DNA of 64,000 bases from Enterococcus phage AllMyExes. The DNA lies in the sequence record PV544171.1. One strand, written 5' to 3'. Of the stretch, positions 17,901 through 27,171 are shown piece after piece (the first letter of the stretch is position 1; each line of letters opens with the position of its first letter). Both the position numbers and the translations under genes were made by a program. Below the pieces are notes generated by a model. That model was not told where the DNA came from, did not search any database, and was given only the letters and a program-made list of their open reading frames with translations.

Positions 17901-18362
17901 TTATACTTTGTCAATAGTGATATACACATACTTGCCCTCTAACTGCTTAACAATATCTAGTATGTCATGACCGCCTAGCTTAAATGTGTTTGTCTCAAAC
18001 CCTTCGATAGTAAAGGAAGACCAACCATACCAACCTTCTTCAAAGTCCAAGACCCCCATAGATTTAAGTACTATATTTTTAGTGATGTCTTCTAATGAAG
18101 TACGTTCTACAGCAGAGAAAATCTGAATCTCTGCGTTATCAAGATGGTACTTAGAAGAAATACCCCCATCGTACTCCTCTTCTGTTGTAGTGTCCTTAGC
18201 CCCTAACGCATGTAGTGCATTACAAATAAGCATGTTTAAGGCTCTGTGCTCATGGTGATACTCAATTTCTTTTACTTTTTCTTTTATTAAGTAAGGTTCG
18301 TTTGTTTCTGCACCGGGGCTGTTATCAATAGTTACCCAACCTTTTAATATCTGTTTACCCAT
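17901..18362 (-). CDS. Hypothetical protein.
   Basis: 153-aa ORF. Confidence 0.5.
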   Translation of the reverse strand: MGKQILKGWVTIDNSPGAETNEPYLIKEKVKEIEYHHEHRALNMLICNALHALGAKDTTTEEEYDGGISSKYHLDNAEIQIFSAVERTSLEDITKNIVLKSMGVLDFEEGWYGWSSFTIEGFETNTFKLGGHDILDIVKQLEGKYVYITIDKV

Positions 18363-18582
18363 GATTGCTCATCCTTTCTTTAGTATAGCCTATCGCTGTC
18401 ACCAGTAAATCTAAATTTTCCTTTGTCAGAGTTACTGTTTTCTCATGTACACAGTCCGGTCTAAATACCTCTACTGTACGATTTATTACAGCAATATCTA
18501 CAGTAGCTTCCGTTGTCTGGCTTACCTTGATAAACTGTTTGGAAAACTCCCCACGGCTAACACCTTCTATCATAAGCTCCAT
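18355..18582 (-). CDS. Hypothetical protein.
   Basis: ORF. Confidence 0.45.
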   Translation of the reverse strand: MELMIEGVSRGEFSKQFIKVSQTTEATVDIAVINRTVEVFRPDCVHEKTVTLTKENLDLLVTAIGYTKERMSNHG

Positions 18583-19004
18583 TTGTTTATAGCCTCCTCT
18601 CGGGAAAGTCCATGAAAGTTGTGGAAAGTACGCTCTTGTAGTTCATCTACCGTATCTGGTAGTGTACGAAATTCGTCTACCCCTAGTGAAATACTTGAAG
18701 CTACCTCTTCATAATAACATTTAACGTCTACTCCCATTTTACCATAAGGTAACACCATTACTTCTATATGAAACTCATATGGAGTATTCTGTGTTAATGG
18801 TTCATCTAATAACCATGTCTCATGGTAGTTTACTGGAATATCTAATAGTAAACTGTTTAAATCATCTAGCTGTTCAGATAAGTATGCAATTCTTGTCACT
18901 TTACGGTCTTCTGCTATAGGCATTGAACAACCTAACGTGTCTTTTATTTCTTTAATTTCTTTGGTAAGCTCAGCCATTAATTCAATTATTTTATAAAACA
19001 TCTC
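18570..19004 (-). CDS. Hypothetical protein; start placed at the internal MFYKII.
   Basis: Avoids overlap with the protein at 19004..19234. Confidence 0.45.
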   Translation of the reverse strand, partial: EMFYKIIELMAELTKEIKEIKDTLGCSMPIAEDRKVTRIAYLSEQLDDLNSLLLDIPVNYHETWLLDEPLTQNTPYEFHIEVMVLPYGKMGVDVKCYYEEVASSISLGVDEFRTLPDTVDELQERTFHNFHGLSREEAINKWSL

Positions 19005-19234
19005 TATTCCTCCTCTTCTATATATTCCCCTTCTTCTAAGAAAAAGCAAGCGGGTTCTCCCTCTCCATTTTCAGTGTCACCTAGGTACTCATCATCTAAG
19101 AATGCACAGTATCCAGTTGAGTAGAGGGTTACACAGTCCTTATGATACATCGAATCGTCCGTTAACCGCACAACCTCGTCCATCTCACTGAACACTTCAT
19201 TACACGCCCCGCATGATATTAACTCCTTACTCAT
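19004..19234 (-). CDS. Small Cys-rich acidic protein.
   Basis: CGAC...C..H...C motifs. Confidence 0.45.
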   Translation of the reverse strand: MSKELISCGACNEVFSEMDEVVRLTDDSMYHKDCVTLYSTGYCAFLDDEYLGDTENGEGEPACFFLEEGEYIEEEE

Positions 19235-19662
19235 AGGTTACCTCCTTTATCTATTACGTAGTCTACCAGTTCTCTAATAACCTCCGCCTCCTCTACACTA
19301 GAGAGGTCTGCCCAAACTTGAAGTGTCGCATCGTTAGCCTTACCAGATATTAAATTGTGTAAGCTATCTGCAATAGTTAGCTTTGTACGTTCAAGATAGT
19401 GAATTAGCCAGACTAATACAATTAGCTGTTTCTCAGTTAGCTCAGTAGTAGTCTCTGTGTAAACCTCATAGTTATCTAAGGTTAATGGGAAGGTGTCTTC
19501 ATTATTAATTACTTGAAACCCATTATTTGGTTCTCGTTCATACTCTCCATGGGTCAGTCTCTTACCTATTTTTAGTTTTACATAGATGTCTCTACCTTCT
19601 TTGTGTAGTTTGTCTAGGTCACTATTGTACCACTCTCTTGTTTCAATTTTAGTAAATCCCAT
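19231..19662 (-). CDS. Hypothetical protein.
   Basis: 143-aa ORF. Confidence 0.5.
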   Translation of the reverse strand: MGFTKIETREWYNSDLDKLHKEGRDIYVKLKIGKRLTHGEYEREPNNGFQVINNEDTFPLTLDNYEVYTETTTELTEKQLIVLVWLIHYLERTKLTIADSLHNLISGKANDATLQVWADLSSVEEAEVIRELVDYVIDKGGNL

Positions 19663-19664
19663 AA

Positions 19665-19818
19665 ACTAGCCCTCCTTGCTTAGCTCCTTAATTCGTTTCT
19701 TGATATTTGCTTCTGTCTTCTCAAGTTGTCTCATTTTGTTAGCATGACGAGACATCTCATGCTCTTTTGCAGTCACTGCCATCGCTAATAGGTTCTCTAA
19801 ACTTGCTTTATTTGCCAT
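19665..19818 (-). CDS. Small coiled-coil protein, about 50 aa, not in the ORF track.
   Basis: TAATG overlap with the stop of the ThyA-like gene; GAGGTGG RBS. Confidence 0.4.
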
Positions 19819-20765
19819 TAAATTGCCACCTCATAGTTAAATTTTCCATTGTGTTTATAATTTACTACAGAAATATCTGATAATGGGGAATCAAAGAAGT
19901 TCGTCCCCTTCTTCCATGGTAGGACAAGCTTTGGAACCTCTTCTGGAATTGGTGCGTTTACCTGTTTCTCTACTAGCTCTAAATGTCGTTCGTAAATGTG
20001 TGCGTTATCACTCGTCCAATATAAGTTACCTAACTCTAACCCTACAGTATTTGCCATAACCAATTGTAATGCATGATACTGAATAATATTAAATGGAAGT
20101 CCTAAGCAAACATCCGAAGACCGAGCCTTCACATGTAAGTTTAATTTGCCCTCTACAACTGTCCAGTGGGTTGTCCATACACATGGTTCTAATGACATAT
20201 CATATAAATCTTCCACGTTCCATAAAGTAGTCATAATTCTACGAGAGTTTGGTGTGCTCTTAAGTTGTTCAATAACTGCCTCTACCTGATTTAGCTTTAG
20301 GTATGGTTGATGTGTTCCTGCTATCCAACCGCCTTTTTTAGGTACTACTTTTGGGATGAGTGAGCCCGCTTTGCGATTTTTAGCTAACTCAACATCTCCG
20401 CTATAAACAGGAATAAAACGTTCTTTGTTAAATAATGCGTAACCATACGCTTTTCCAATAGTGCCATCTTCTTGCTCCCATTCGTCCCAAATAGTTACAC
20501 CTCGTTCTTTTAACCACGAAACCTCGTTAGACATTTCTTGCCAAATCCACTGCAATTCTGTTAGCGCCCATTTAATACCTACATGCTTACTACGTAATAA
20601 AGGAGCTTCCATATCTGGTGTAATTGTAAAGTTTACACCTTCAATAAACTTAGTTGTTGCAGGAGTCCCATCAGCATATACTGCACGAGTCCCTTCTGGT
20701 AATTCTGTTACTCCGTTCTTAATAATATCCATTACTAAATCTTTATAAATTTTATCAAAATCCAT
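19818..20765 (-). CDS. Thymidylate synthase family enzyme; either ThyA or a dUMP/dCMP hydroxymethylase (see findings).
   Basis: Near-complete ThyA motif set: VTIWDEW, NSRRI..TLWNV.DL, LEPC, GKL.L......SSDVCLGLPFNI..YHAL. It deviates at the conserved YGKQWR and PCHAFFQFYV positions. Confidence 0.8.
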   Translation of the reverse strand: MDFDKIYKDLVMDIIKNGVTELPEGTRAVYADGTPATTKFIEGVNFTITPDMEAPLLRSKHVGIKWALTELQWIWQEMSNEVSWLKERGVTIWDEWEQEDGTIGKAYGYALFNKERFIPVYSGDVELAKNRKAGSLIPKVVPKKGGWIAGTHQPYLKLNQVEAVIEQLKSTPNSRRIMTTLWNVEDLYDMSLEPCVWTTHWTVVEGKLNLHVKARSSDVCLGLPFNIIQYHALQLVMANTVGLELGNLYWTSDNAHIYERHLELVEKQVNAPIPEEVPKLVLPWKKGTNFFDSPLSDISVVNYKHNGKFNYEVAI

Positions 20766-20816
20766 GTTGTATCCTCCCGTATCTCTTTCCTATTTAGCTT
20801 GTTTTTTTTTGTGTAG

Positions 20817-21203
20817 CTATACCCACCAGTTAGGTTCTTTGATAACTTGCCATGCTCTTTTTAGCTGTTCTTCATTGAAATGTCCAAAATGACAATCTTC
20901 TTTAGGGATGCCAAGTTTATAAGCTAGTACACTGTATAGCTCCCCTCTGCTAATCTGCTTAGACTGCCATATGGGGTCAAATAAGTCATGACATAATTTT
21001 TTCCATCGTTTCATAGGTGGTGTAGCTAAAATACCTAATGGTTCTTTTGGTCTATTTTTGTGAGTCCCTACACTAGCACCACAACCTGTACAGTAATAGC
21101 ATTTACCATTACCATATGTCCTACCATATAACACTTCATTACTTGTCCAAATAACTTTTTCTCCACAGTAAGTGCAGTTATCGGGTACTAACAATTTATT
21201 CAT
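20817..21203 (-). CDS. Zinc-finger protein (CTYCGEK...C..CTGCG).
   Basis: 128-aa ORF downstream of the promoter at 21228-21256. Confidence 0.5.
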   Translation of the reverse strand: MNKLLVPDNCTYCGEKVIWTSNEVLYGRTYGNGKCYYCTGCGASVGTHKNRPKEPLGILATPPMKRWKKLCHDLFDPIWQSKQISRGELYSVLAYKLGIPKEDCHFGHFNEEQLKRAWQVIKEPNWWV

Positions 21204-21227
21204 TAGTTATTCACCTCTCATAAGTAT

Positions 21228-21256
21228 AGTATATTACAATAGTGTCACTAAGTCAA
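21228..21256 (-). promoter_or_regulatory. Sigma-A-like promoter: TTGACT, 17-bp spacer, TATACT.
   Basis: Minus strand reads gtgTTGACTtagtgacactattgtaaTATACT. Confidence 0.55.
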
Positions 21257-21263
21257 CACCTCT

Positions 21264-21297
21264 TTACAAAAAAAAAGGACAGCAAAGATGCTGTCCT
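21264..21297 (-). terminator. Rho-independent terminator for the minus strand.
   Basis: Hairpin aggacagcaaagatgctgtcct preceded on the plus strand by a 9-nt A-run. Confidence 0.6.
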
Positions 21298-21303
21298 AAA
21301 AAT

Positions 21304-21445
21304 CTAACCAATTATCTTTATCGTAAGAGTCACTTGGAGACTTTTCTTTGTTTTTCTTAACGAAGTAGTATCCGATAGAGAAAGCTACCCCTACAAGCAA
21401 TACTACAATAAGAGCAATAAAGAATTTAGCAATGAAAAAACCCAT
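21304..21445 (-). CDS. Small single-TM protein, about 47 aa, not in the ORF track.
   Basis: MGFFIAKFFIALIVVLLVGVAF...; TAATG overlap with the SPFH gene. Confidence 0.4.
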
Positions 21446-22302
21446 TACTTATCATTCCCCACAATTGCCTGTCCGTCACCTACGATTGTAGTTACCCAAC
21501 CATGCTCTTTACGACCTTGTGCTTCTTCGTAACGAACTAGTTCATCCGTAACTGATTCTGCAATTTTTTTATTAGCCTCTGCTTGTGCACTAGCTTTATC
21601 TTTAATAGCTTGCGCTTCTGCTTGAGCTTTCAAAGTAACTTTTGTAGCCTCAGTTTCTGCTTGTGTTTTTTGAGTTTTAGCATCTAACTCAGCTTTTTTA
21701 GCTTCTTGTCCTGAGCGGATGATTGCATCAATTGATTTTTGTGTTTCTGGGTCAACGTCAGGCACACCTACCGTTACATTCTCAACCAAGAAACCTTTAC
21801 TTTCAACTGAGTCAGAGAAACGAGCTAACACTTCCCCTTCGACCTCGGAAGACTTACCTGATAGAACATCTAATAAACTATACTTAGAATAAACCTCTCT
21901 GGCAGTCTTTTGTAAACGAGATTTCAACCAACCTTTTTCAATGTCCTCAGATGTTACATTACCAAACTCTTTATACATTTTAGTTGCTTGCTTAGGGTCT
22001 ACTTTGTAGTCGTACTTAATGTTAACTACAGTTTTCTTACCATCGGAAGTAGACACTGCAACATCTTTAGCTTGAATAGTCTGTAAACGGATTGGATACT
22101 GGGTTACTTTATCAATACCTACCCACTTAACACCGGGTTGTAATGCTTCGGATTTAACACCCCCGTTAGGTGAGAATCGTACACCGACATACCCATTGTC
22201 AATTCGTTCTAAGAAACGAAATGCACAGATTGTTCCCCCAATCAATAGGATAACTGCAATAACTCCTGCTACAACCAACCGTTTAAACGTATTTGTGCTC
22301 AT
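21445..22302 (-). CDS. SPFH/band-7 (flotillin/HflC-like) membrane protein.
   Basis: N-terminal TM helix, then an SPFH-like core (GYVGV.F...GGVK...L.PG..W) and a long A/E/K-rich coiled coil. Confidence 0.6.
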   Translation of the reverse strand: MSTNTFKRLVVAGVIAVILLIGGTICAFRFLERIDNGYVGVRFSPNGGVKSEALQPGVKWVGIDKVTQYPIRLQTIQAKDVAVSTSDGKKTVVNIKYDYKVDPKQATKMYKEFGNVTSEDIEKGWLKSRLQKTAREVYSKYSLLDVLSGKSSEVEGEVLARFSDSVESKGFLVENVTVGVPDVDPETQKSIDAIIRSGQEAKKAELDAKTQKTQAETEATKVTLKAQAEAQAIKDKASAQAEANKKIAESVTDELVRYEEAQGRKEHGWVTTIVGDGQAIVGNDK

Positions 22303-22359
22303 AAAAAAATAATTCCTCCAATATTTATTTTTTATTTGTAAGTTTCATCCTACAAAAAT

Positions 22360-22388
22360 AGTATATCAGTTTTTGTATGTGTAGTCAA
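22360..22388 (-). promoter_or_regulatory. Sigma-A-like promoter: TTGACT, 17-bp spacer, TATACT.
   Basis: Minus strand reads TTGACTacacatacaaaaactgaTATACT. Confidence 0.55.
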
Positions 22389-22463
22389 CAATATATTTAA
22401 ATTTTTTTTATTAAAAATATGAGGCACAAAAGAATGTAAAATATGCCTCATATCTATTAAATT

Positions 22464-23447
22464 CTATACTAAACTAGCTAGCTTGTCTAAAGCGTTATAG
22501 TCCGCATCGGTTACTGGTTCTACTTTACCTAATAAGTACCCATTACCTACCTGAGAGAAGAAGTCATGGTTACTAGTTGTTGTAGAGATACCATTCATTA
22601 CAATAGGGTTTACGTCTGCGCTTGTTGTTGGGAATAAAGGGTTCATCCCTAAGTTAGCTAGAGCTTTATTTAAATTGTACTCCAAAAATGTATTAACATC
22701 TTTTGTCCAACCAATCTCACTATATAGTTCAGCAGTATACTGTGTTTCGTTCTCCCATAATTTAAATGCTAAATCAATTACCCATTGTTCCATTTCTTTT
22801 TGTTCAGTTTCTGGTAACTGGTTAAACCCTAACTGGTATTTATAGCCGATATAGGTTCCATGTACAGACTCGTCACGAATAATTAATTTAATAATTTCGG
22901 CTGTATTAACCATTTTTGCCTCACCTAAATAGCGTAGTGGTGTGTAAAAACCTGAGTAAAATAGGAAGCTCTCCAACAGTACGGATGCACTCTTTTTCTG
23001 TAGTGGTGTACCGTTTCGATAAATATCGTTAATAATATTAGCTTTATATTGTAAACGTTTATTTGTAGCTACCCACTCAAAGATATTGTCAATCTCTGTA
23101 GGTGTATTAAATGTGCTAAAAATTGTTGAATAACTTTTAGCGTGTACTGCTTCCATAAAGGCTATGTTATTTAAAACAGCTTCTTCATGTTGTGTTCTTA
23201 CATCATCAAGTAGTGAGTGTACTCCCGATTCTGATTGAACTGTGTCTAATAATGTTAACCCACCAAACACTTTATTTATTAAATCTTGCTCCATATCAGA
23301 TAGCTTTGCCCAATCATTAACATCGTTACCCACAGGGACACGTGTGTCCAACCAAAATTGCTCAGTAAGCTTTTTCCATGTGGCTTGGTCAATTACATCA
23401 TCAATCTTATTCCAGTTAATTCCTTCATACTTTTCTTGCAAATTCAT
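22464..23447 (-). CDS. nrdF: Ribonucleotide reductase class Ib small subunit.
   Basis: Di-iron/tyrosyl-radical motifs (EAVHAKSYS, E..H); about 327 aa, immediately downstream of nrdE. Confidence 0.85.
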   Translation of the reverse strand: MNLQEKYEGINWNKIDDVIDQATWKKLTEQFWLDTRVPVGNDVNDWAKLSDMEQDLINKVFGGLTLLDTVQSESGVHSLLDDVRTQHEEAVLNNIAFMEAVHAKSYSTIFSTFNTPTEIDNIFEWVATNKRLQYKANIINDIYRNGTPLQKKSASVLLESFLFYSGFYTPLRYLGEAKMVNTAEIIKLIIRDESVHGTYIGYKYQLGFNQLPETEQKEMEQWVIDLAFKLWENETQYTAELYSEIGWTKDVNTFLEYNLNKALANLGMNPLFPTTSADVNPIVMNGISTTTSNHDFFSQVGNGYLLGKVEPVTDADYNALDKLASLV

Positions 23448-23459
23448 GTGTTCATCTCC

Positions 23460-25610
23460 TTAAATTGTACAACTTTCACACTCTGAAACCCCTACTTCGC
23501 TTCCGTCTTCTTCGGTGAATGTTCTAACATAATAAATTGTTTTTATACCTTTTTTCCATGCATAATGTCTTAATAAAGTTAAGTCCCGAGTGGATGTAGC
23601 GCCACCCTCCACCTTCCAAGGATAAAGATTTTCTGGTAACTCTGAGCGCATAAACAATGTTAAACTCATACCTTGGTCAATATGTTTTTGTGCCGTTGCG
23701 TACACGTTGATTACGTCAATCATACTTGTGTTGTACGCTGACTTGTAATATGGAATTGTCTTCTCAGATAACCGGGGTGCAGGGTAATAAGTTTTACCTG
23801 TTTTCCCATCTTGACGTTCTTCAATCATAGAGATAATTGGGTGCAATGAAGAAGTAGTCTCATTAACATAAGCAATACTACCATTTGGAGCCACAGCTAA
23901 ACGGTTTTGATGATATAGACCACCTTCAATAATACTGTTTCTTAATGTTTCCCAATCTTTTACATTAGGTAGCACCACTCCATCGAATATTTCCGCCACC
24001 TTACTAGAGATTTCCTGATTTAGTGTTGGTACATATTCATCAAAGTAAGAACCGTCTGCATATTTAGAGTTCTCAAAGTTATAGAATGTTGTGCCACGCT
24101 CTTTAGCAATCTTATTACTTGCCACCAAAGTAGCATAGTTAATTAATTCAAACAGGGCATCCGTCATTTCAATAGATTCAGGTGAGCCGTATTCTACTTG
24201 GTTACTTGCGAACCATGCATGTAGCCCCATTGCCCCTAAACCAATTGTATGGGCTTTATCATTACCATTCTTGATAGTAGGTACTGCTTTTATATTTGAC
24301 ACATCTGTAATATATGTTAGAGCTCTTACCATCGTCTCAATTGATGCCACTACATCATTAGATGTTTCTAACAAGTTAAGGATGTTAATTGAACCTAAAT
24401 TACAGCTAATGTCTGTACCTAACTCTTCATATACTTGTTCATCATTTAGCTTAGATGGTGTCTGTACCTGTAATATTTCACTGCATAAATTACTCATAAT
24501 GATTTTGCCATCAATAGGATTGGCTTTATTTACAGTACTAACATTCATAATATATGGGTAACCTGACTCTTGTTGTAAACGGCTAATTTCTTCTTCTAAA
24601 TCTCGTGCATTCATTACCTTACTTCTGATATTCGGGTTCTGAATCATGTTATTGTATTCTGAATCAATGTCTACAAATGAGAATGGTACACCGTATTCTT
24701 TAGCAACATCATATGGAGAAAATAAGTGAATTACATCCCCAGACTCAGCTAGCTCATAAAATTTATCGGGAACAACTACTCCCAAAGAAAGTGTTTTGAT
24801 TTGCTTTGCGGATTCTGCATTTTCTTTCCTAGTTGATAAAAAGTCCATAATATCCGCATGGAAAACATTTAGATAGACTGCGCCTGCACCTTGTCTTTGC
24901 CCTAACTGATTTGCGTACCGGAAACCGTCTTCTAGCATTTTCATAACAGGAACAACACCGCTACCTGCTCCCTCAATCCCCTTAATAGGGTCTCCAAGAG
25001 CTCTTAAATTACTTAGGTTAATACCAACTCCCCCGCCAAGTTTAGATAGTTGAAGTGCACTGTTCAATGTTCTACCAATTGAAGACATTGAATCTTCTAC
25101 TTGAATTAGGAAACAGCTGACATACTCTCCTCTTCTAAGTCTACCTGCATTTAAAAAAGTAGGGGTTGCAGGTTGGTATCTACGGTTAATTAGCTCATCT
25201 GCAATCTTCATAGCAAGCTCTTCGTCACCATCACCCATTGTGAGTGCATTAAACGCTACTCTATCTTCATAACGCTCTAGGTATCGCTCCCCATCATCTG
25301 TTTTCATTGCGTATTGTTTGTAGAAACGGTAAGCCCCCATAAATGTGTCGAATCTGAACTTTTTACTATAGATGAACTTAAATAATTTTTTTATAAATTC
25401 CATTGAGTACTTGTCAGTAATCACTGTTTTATCGATGTACCCTTCTCTAATAAGGTAACTAATTTTCTCCTCTAAAGAGTAGAAAAATACTGTGTTCTTG
25501 TTTACATGTTCTAAAAAGAATGCTCTAACAGCTTCTTTATCTTTGTCTAACTGAATTTTTCCATTATTAGGGATATTCAATTGGTTATTAAGCTCAATAT
25601 ATGTGTTCAT
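23460..25610 (-). CDS. nrdE: Ribonucleotide reductase class Ib large subunit.
   Basis: 716 aa with no ATP-cone; NLCSEI active-site motif; C-terminal Cys pair. Confidence 0.9.
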   Translation of the reverse strand: MNTYIELNNQLNIPNNGKIQLDKDKEAVRAFFLEHVNKNTVFFYSLEEKISYLIREGYIDKTVITDKYSMEFIKKLFKFIYSKKFRFDTFMGAYRFYKQYAMKTDDGERYLERYEDRVAFNALTMGDGDEELAMKIADELINRRYQPATPTFLNAGRLRRGEYVSCFLIQVEDSMSSIGRTLNSALQLSKLGGGVGINLSNLRALGDPIKGIEGAGSGVVPVMKMLEDGFRYANQLGQRQGAGAVYLNVFHADIMDFLSTRKENAESAKQIKTLSLGVVVPDKFYELAESGDVIHLFSPYDVAKEYGVPFSFVDIDSEYNNMIQNPNIRSKVMNARDLEEEISRLQQESGYPYIMNVSTVNKANPIDGKIIMSNLCSEILQVQTPSKLNDEQVYEELGTDISCNLGSINILNLLETSNDVVASIETMVRALTYITDVSNIKAVPTIKNGNDKAHTIGLGAMGLHAWFASNQVEYGSPESIEMTDALFELINYATLVASNKIAKERGTTFYNFENSKYADGSYFDEYVPTLNQEISSKVAEIFDGVVLPNVKDWETLRNSIIEGGLYHQNRLAVAPNGSIAYVNETTSSLHPIISMIEERQDGKTGKTYYPAPRLSEKTIPYYKSAYNTSMIDVINVYATAQKHIDQGMSLTLFMRSELPENLYPWKVEGGATSTRDLTLLRHYAWKKGIKTIYYVRTFTEEDGSEVGVSECESCTI

Positions 25611-25612
25611 AT

Positions 25613-25855
25613 CTACACCCCAAGTTCTTTTTCTAGTTTTTTAACCAAATCAGGTCTAACACCATTAAATGAGAAACCATCATCAGCTTCTACATATGGT
25701 AATGAAGACACTCCTTTTTCTTTTAGATAAGCTAAAGCTTGCTCATCATGAGAGATATTTTTCTCATCAAATGGGATATTCTTTCCATTTAACATATTTT
25801 TTAAAAATAAACATTGACCACACATATCTTTTGAATATACTGTTACTTTTGTCAT
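25613..25855 (-). CDS. nrdH: NrdH-like glutaredoxin.
   Basis: 80 aa, CGQC redox motif, directly upstream of nrdE. Confidence 0.7.
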   Translation of the reverse strand: MTKVTVYSKDMCGQCLFLKNMLNGKNIPFDEKNISHDEQALAYLKEKGVSSLPYVEADDGFSFNGVRPDLVKKLEKELGV

Positions 25856-25892
25856 TTACTACATTCTCCTAACTTTTTTATCGTATTTATTA

Positions 25893-25921
25893 ATTATACA
25901 CTATTTTGCATTAATTGTCAA
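25893..25921 (-). promoter_or_regulatory. Sigma-A-like promoter for the nrdHEF operon: TTGACA, 17-bp spacer, TATAAT.
   Basis: Minus strand reads TTGACAattaatgcaaaatagtgTATAAT. Confidence 0.55.
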
Positions 25922-25984
25922 AAATAAAGAACCAAAAAAAAACTAGAGACTACAAAAAATTAATTGTAGCCCCTTTTTAATAAG

Positions 25985-26251
25985 TTACACCTTGTCACCT
26001 AAGAAATCTTCTGATTCCTGCGATTTATTCGTAACTTTATCAAGTAGTAAAACAGAATAGTTTTTACCAGTTTCAACCTGCAACCTATTAAACACTTTCT
26101 GATATTCTTCTGGTGTGTCTGTAACTTCTAATAAGTATTTTGCATTTAAAAATGATAGTAATTCAAGTAGCTCTGCCTTACTACCTGCCATTTGAACTAC
26201 AACGTTACCTTCATCGTTCGTGTATGTTCCAATTTTATTTCTAGTAGCCAA
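25985..26251 (-). CDS. Hypothetical protein.
   Basis: 88-aa ORF. Confidence 0.5.
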   Translation of the reverse strand: MATRNKIGTYTNDEGNVVVQMAGSKAELLELLSFLNAKYLLEVTDTPEEYQKVFNRLQVETGKNYSVLLLDKVTNKSQESEDFLGDKV

Positions 26252-26256
26252 ACAAA

Positions 26257-26562
26257 TCAGTCCTTCGTAAATTTAATGTATTTGTTAACTGTATACACAT
26301 TTTTAACTTTTTCCCAAACGTTAGGGTATACGTTCATCAATAACTTAGTATCTGCGCTAGCACGTTTGTACTCTGGCATTAATTTAAATGTGCCCCCATC
26401 AATACTAATTTTAGATTCCCCTAACTCTTCCATATCAGAAATGATACTACTTTTTAGCTCATCAATCTCTTCTTTAATACTTTTTTGCAATTCATATAAT
26501 TTCTTGTAAGAGCGTAAGTCCTTCTCTAGTAGCTCCTTTTTTTGTAAATCTGTCGTTTTCAT
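26257..26562 (-). CDS. Coiled-coil hypothetical protein.
   Basis: 101 aa. Confidence 0.5.
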   Translation of the reverse strand: MKTTDLQKKELLEKDLRSYKKLYELQKSIKEEIDELKSSIISDMEELGESKISIDGGTFKLMPEYKRASADTKLLMNVYPNVWEKVKNVYTVNKYIKFTKD

Positions 26563-26595
26563 ACATATCTCTCCCTCTCTTATTTCTATAATAAG

Positions 26596-26624
26596 ATTAT
26601 AGCATGCCAGATATGTAAAGTCAA
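26596..26624 (-). promoter_or_regulatory. Sigma-A-like promoter: TTGACT, 17-bp spacer, TATAAT.
   Basis: Minus strand reads gtgTTGACTttacatatctggcatgcTATAAT. Confidence 0.55.
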
Positions 26625-26633
26625 CACTTTTTT

Positions 26634-26669
26634 ATACAAAAAGAATTGCCCATTATAAAGGCAATTCTT
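26634..26669 (-). terminator. Rho-independent terminator for the minus strand.
   Basis: Hairpin aagaattgcc...ggcaattctt with an A-run on the plus-strand left flank. Confidence 0.5.
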
Positions 26670-26883
26670 GTCCGTTGTCTTCTTCAAAAAGAATCTCTAC
26701 AGGTATATTATATAATTTAGCAAGTTTTACTCTGTTTTTAACACGAGGTTCTTTTATACCGTTTTCCCAATAAGAGATTGATGACCAGTGAACTCCTATC
26801 ATATTGGCTAACTCTCGTAGAGATTCACCCCTAGCCTCTCTCACTCTTTTAAGGACTTTAGGTTTTGGTTCCTTTTCTCCCAT
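26653..26883 (-). CDS. XRE/Cro-type helix-turn-helix transcriptional regulator.
   Basis: LRELANMIGVHWSSISYWENG...LAKLYNIPVEILF is a classic HTH_3 pattern. Confidence 0.65.
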   Translation of the reverse strand: MGEKEPKPKVLKRVREARGESLRELANMIGVHWSSISYWENGIKEPRVKNRVKLAKLYNIPVEILFEEDNGQELPL

Positions 26884-26946
26884 GACTGTCCCTCCTTATT
26901 CTTAAAAAATAAGAGCCTATCAGGTAGACAGGCTCAGCATCAGGAA

Positions 26947-27171
26947 CTATGCAAAAGCCCCGATATAAGTTACTTTACCATTACATTTACGTGCAAAAGC
27001 TTCTAACTCTTTACGAGCACCTAAACGGTCAGGTTGCGAAGATTGAACAGTAATTTCTTTAGGTACCGTTACTTCACGTGTACGAATTTCAGTTTTACCA
27101 TTTTTTAATTTCTTCTCATACTCCTCTGTACGAGTTGTTGTCGTAGAAATGATTCCATAAAATTTTTTCAT
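26947..27171 (-). CDS. Hypothetical protein.
   Basis: 74-aa ORF. Confidence 0.45.
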   Translation of the reverse strand: MKKFYGIISTTTTRTEEYEKKLKNGKTEIRTREVTVPKEITVQSSQPDRLGARKELEAFARKCNGKVTYIGAFA

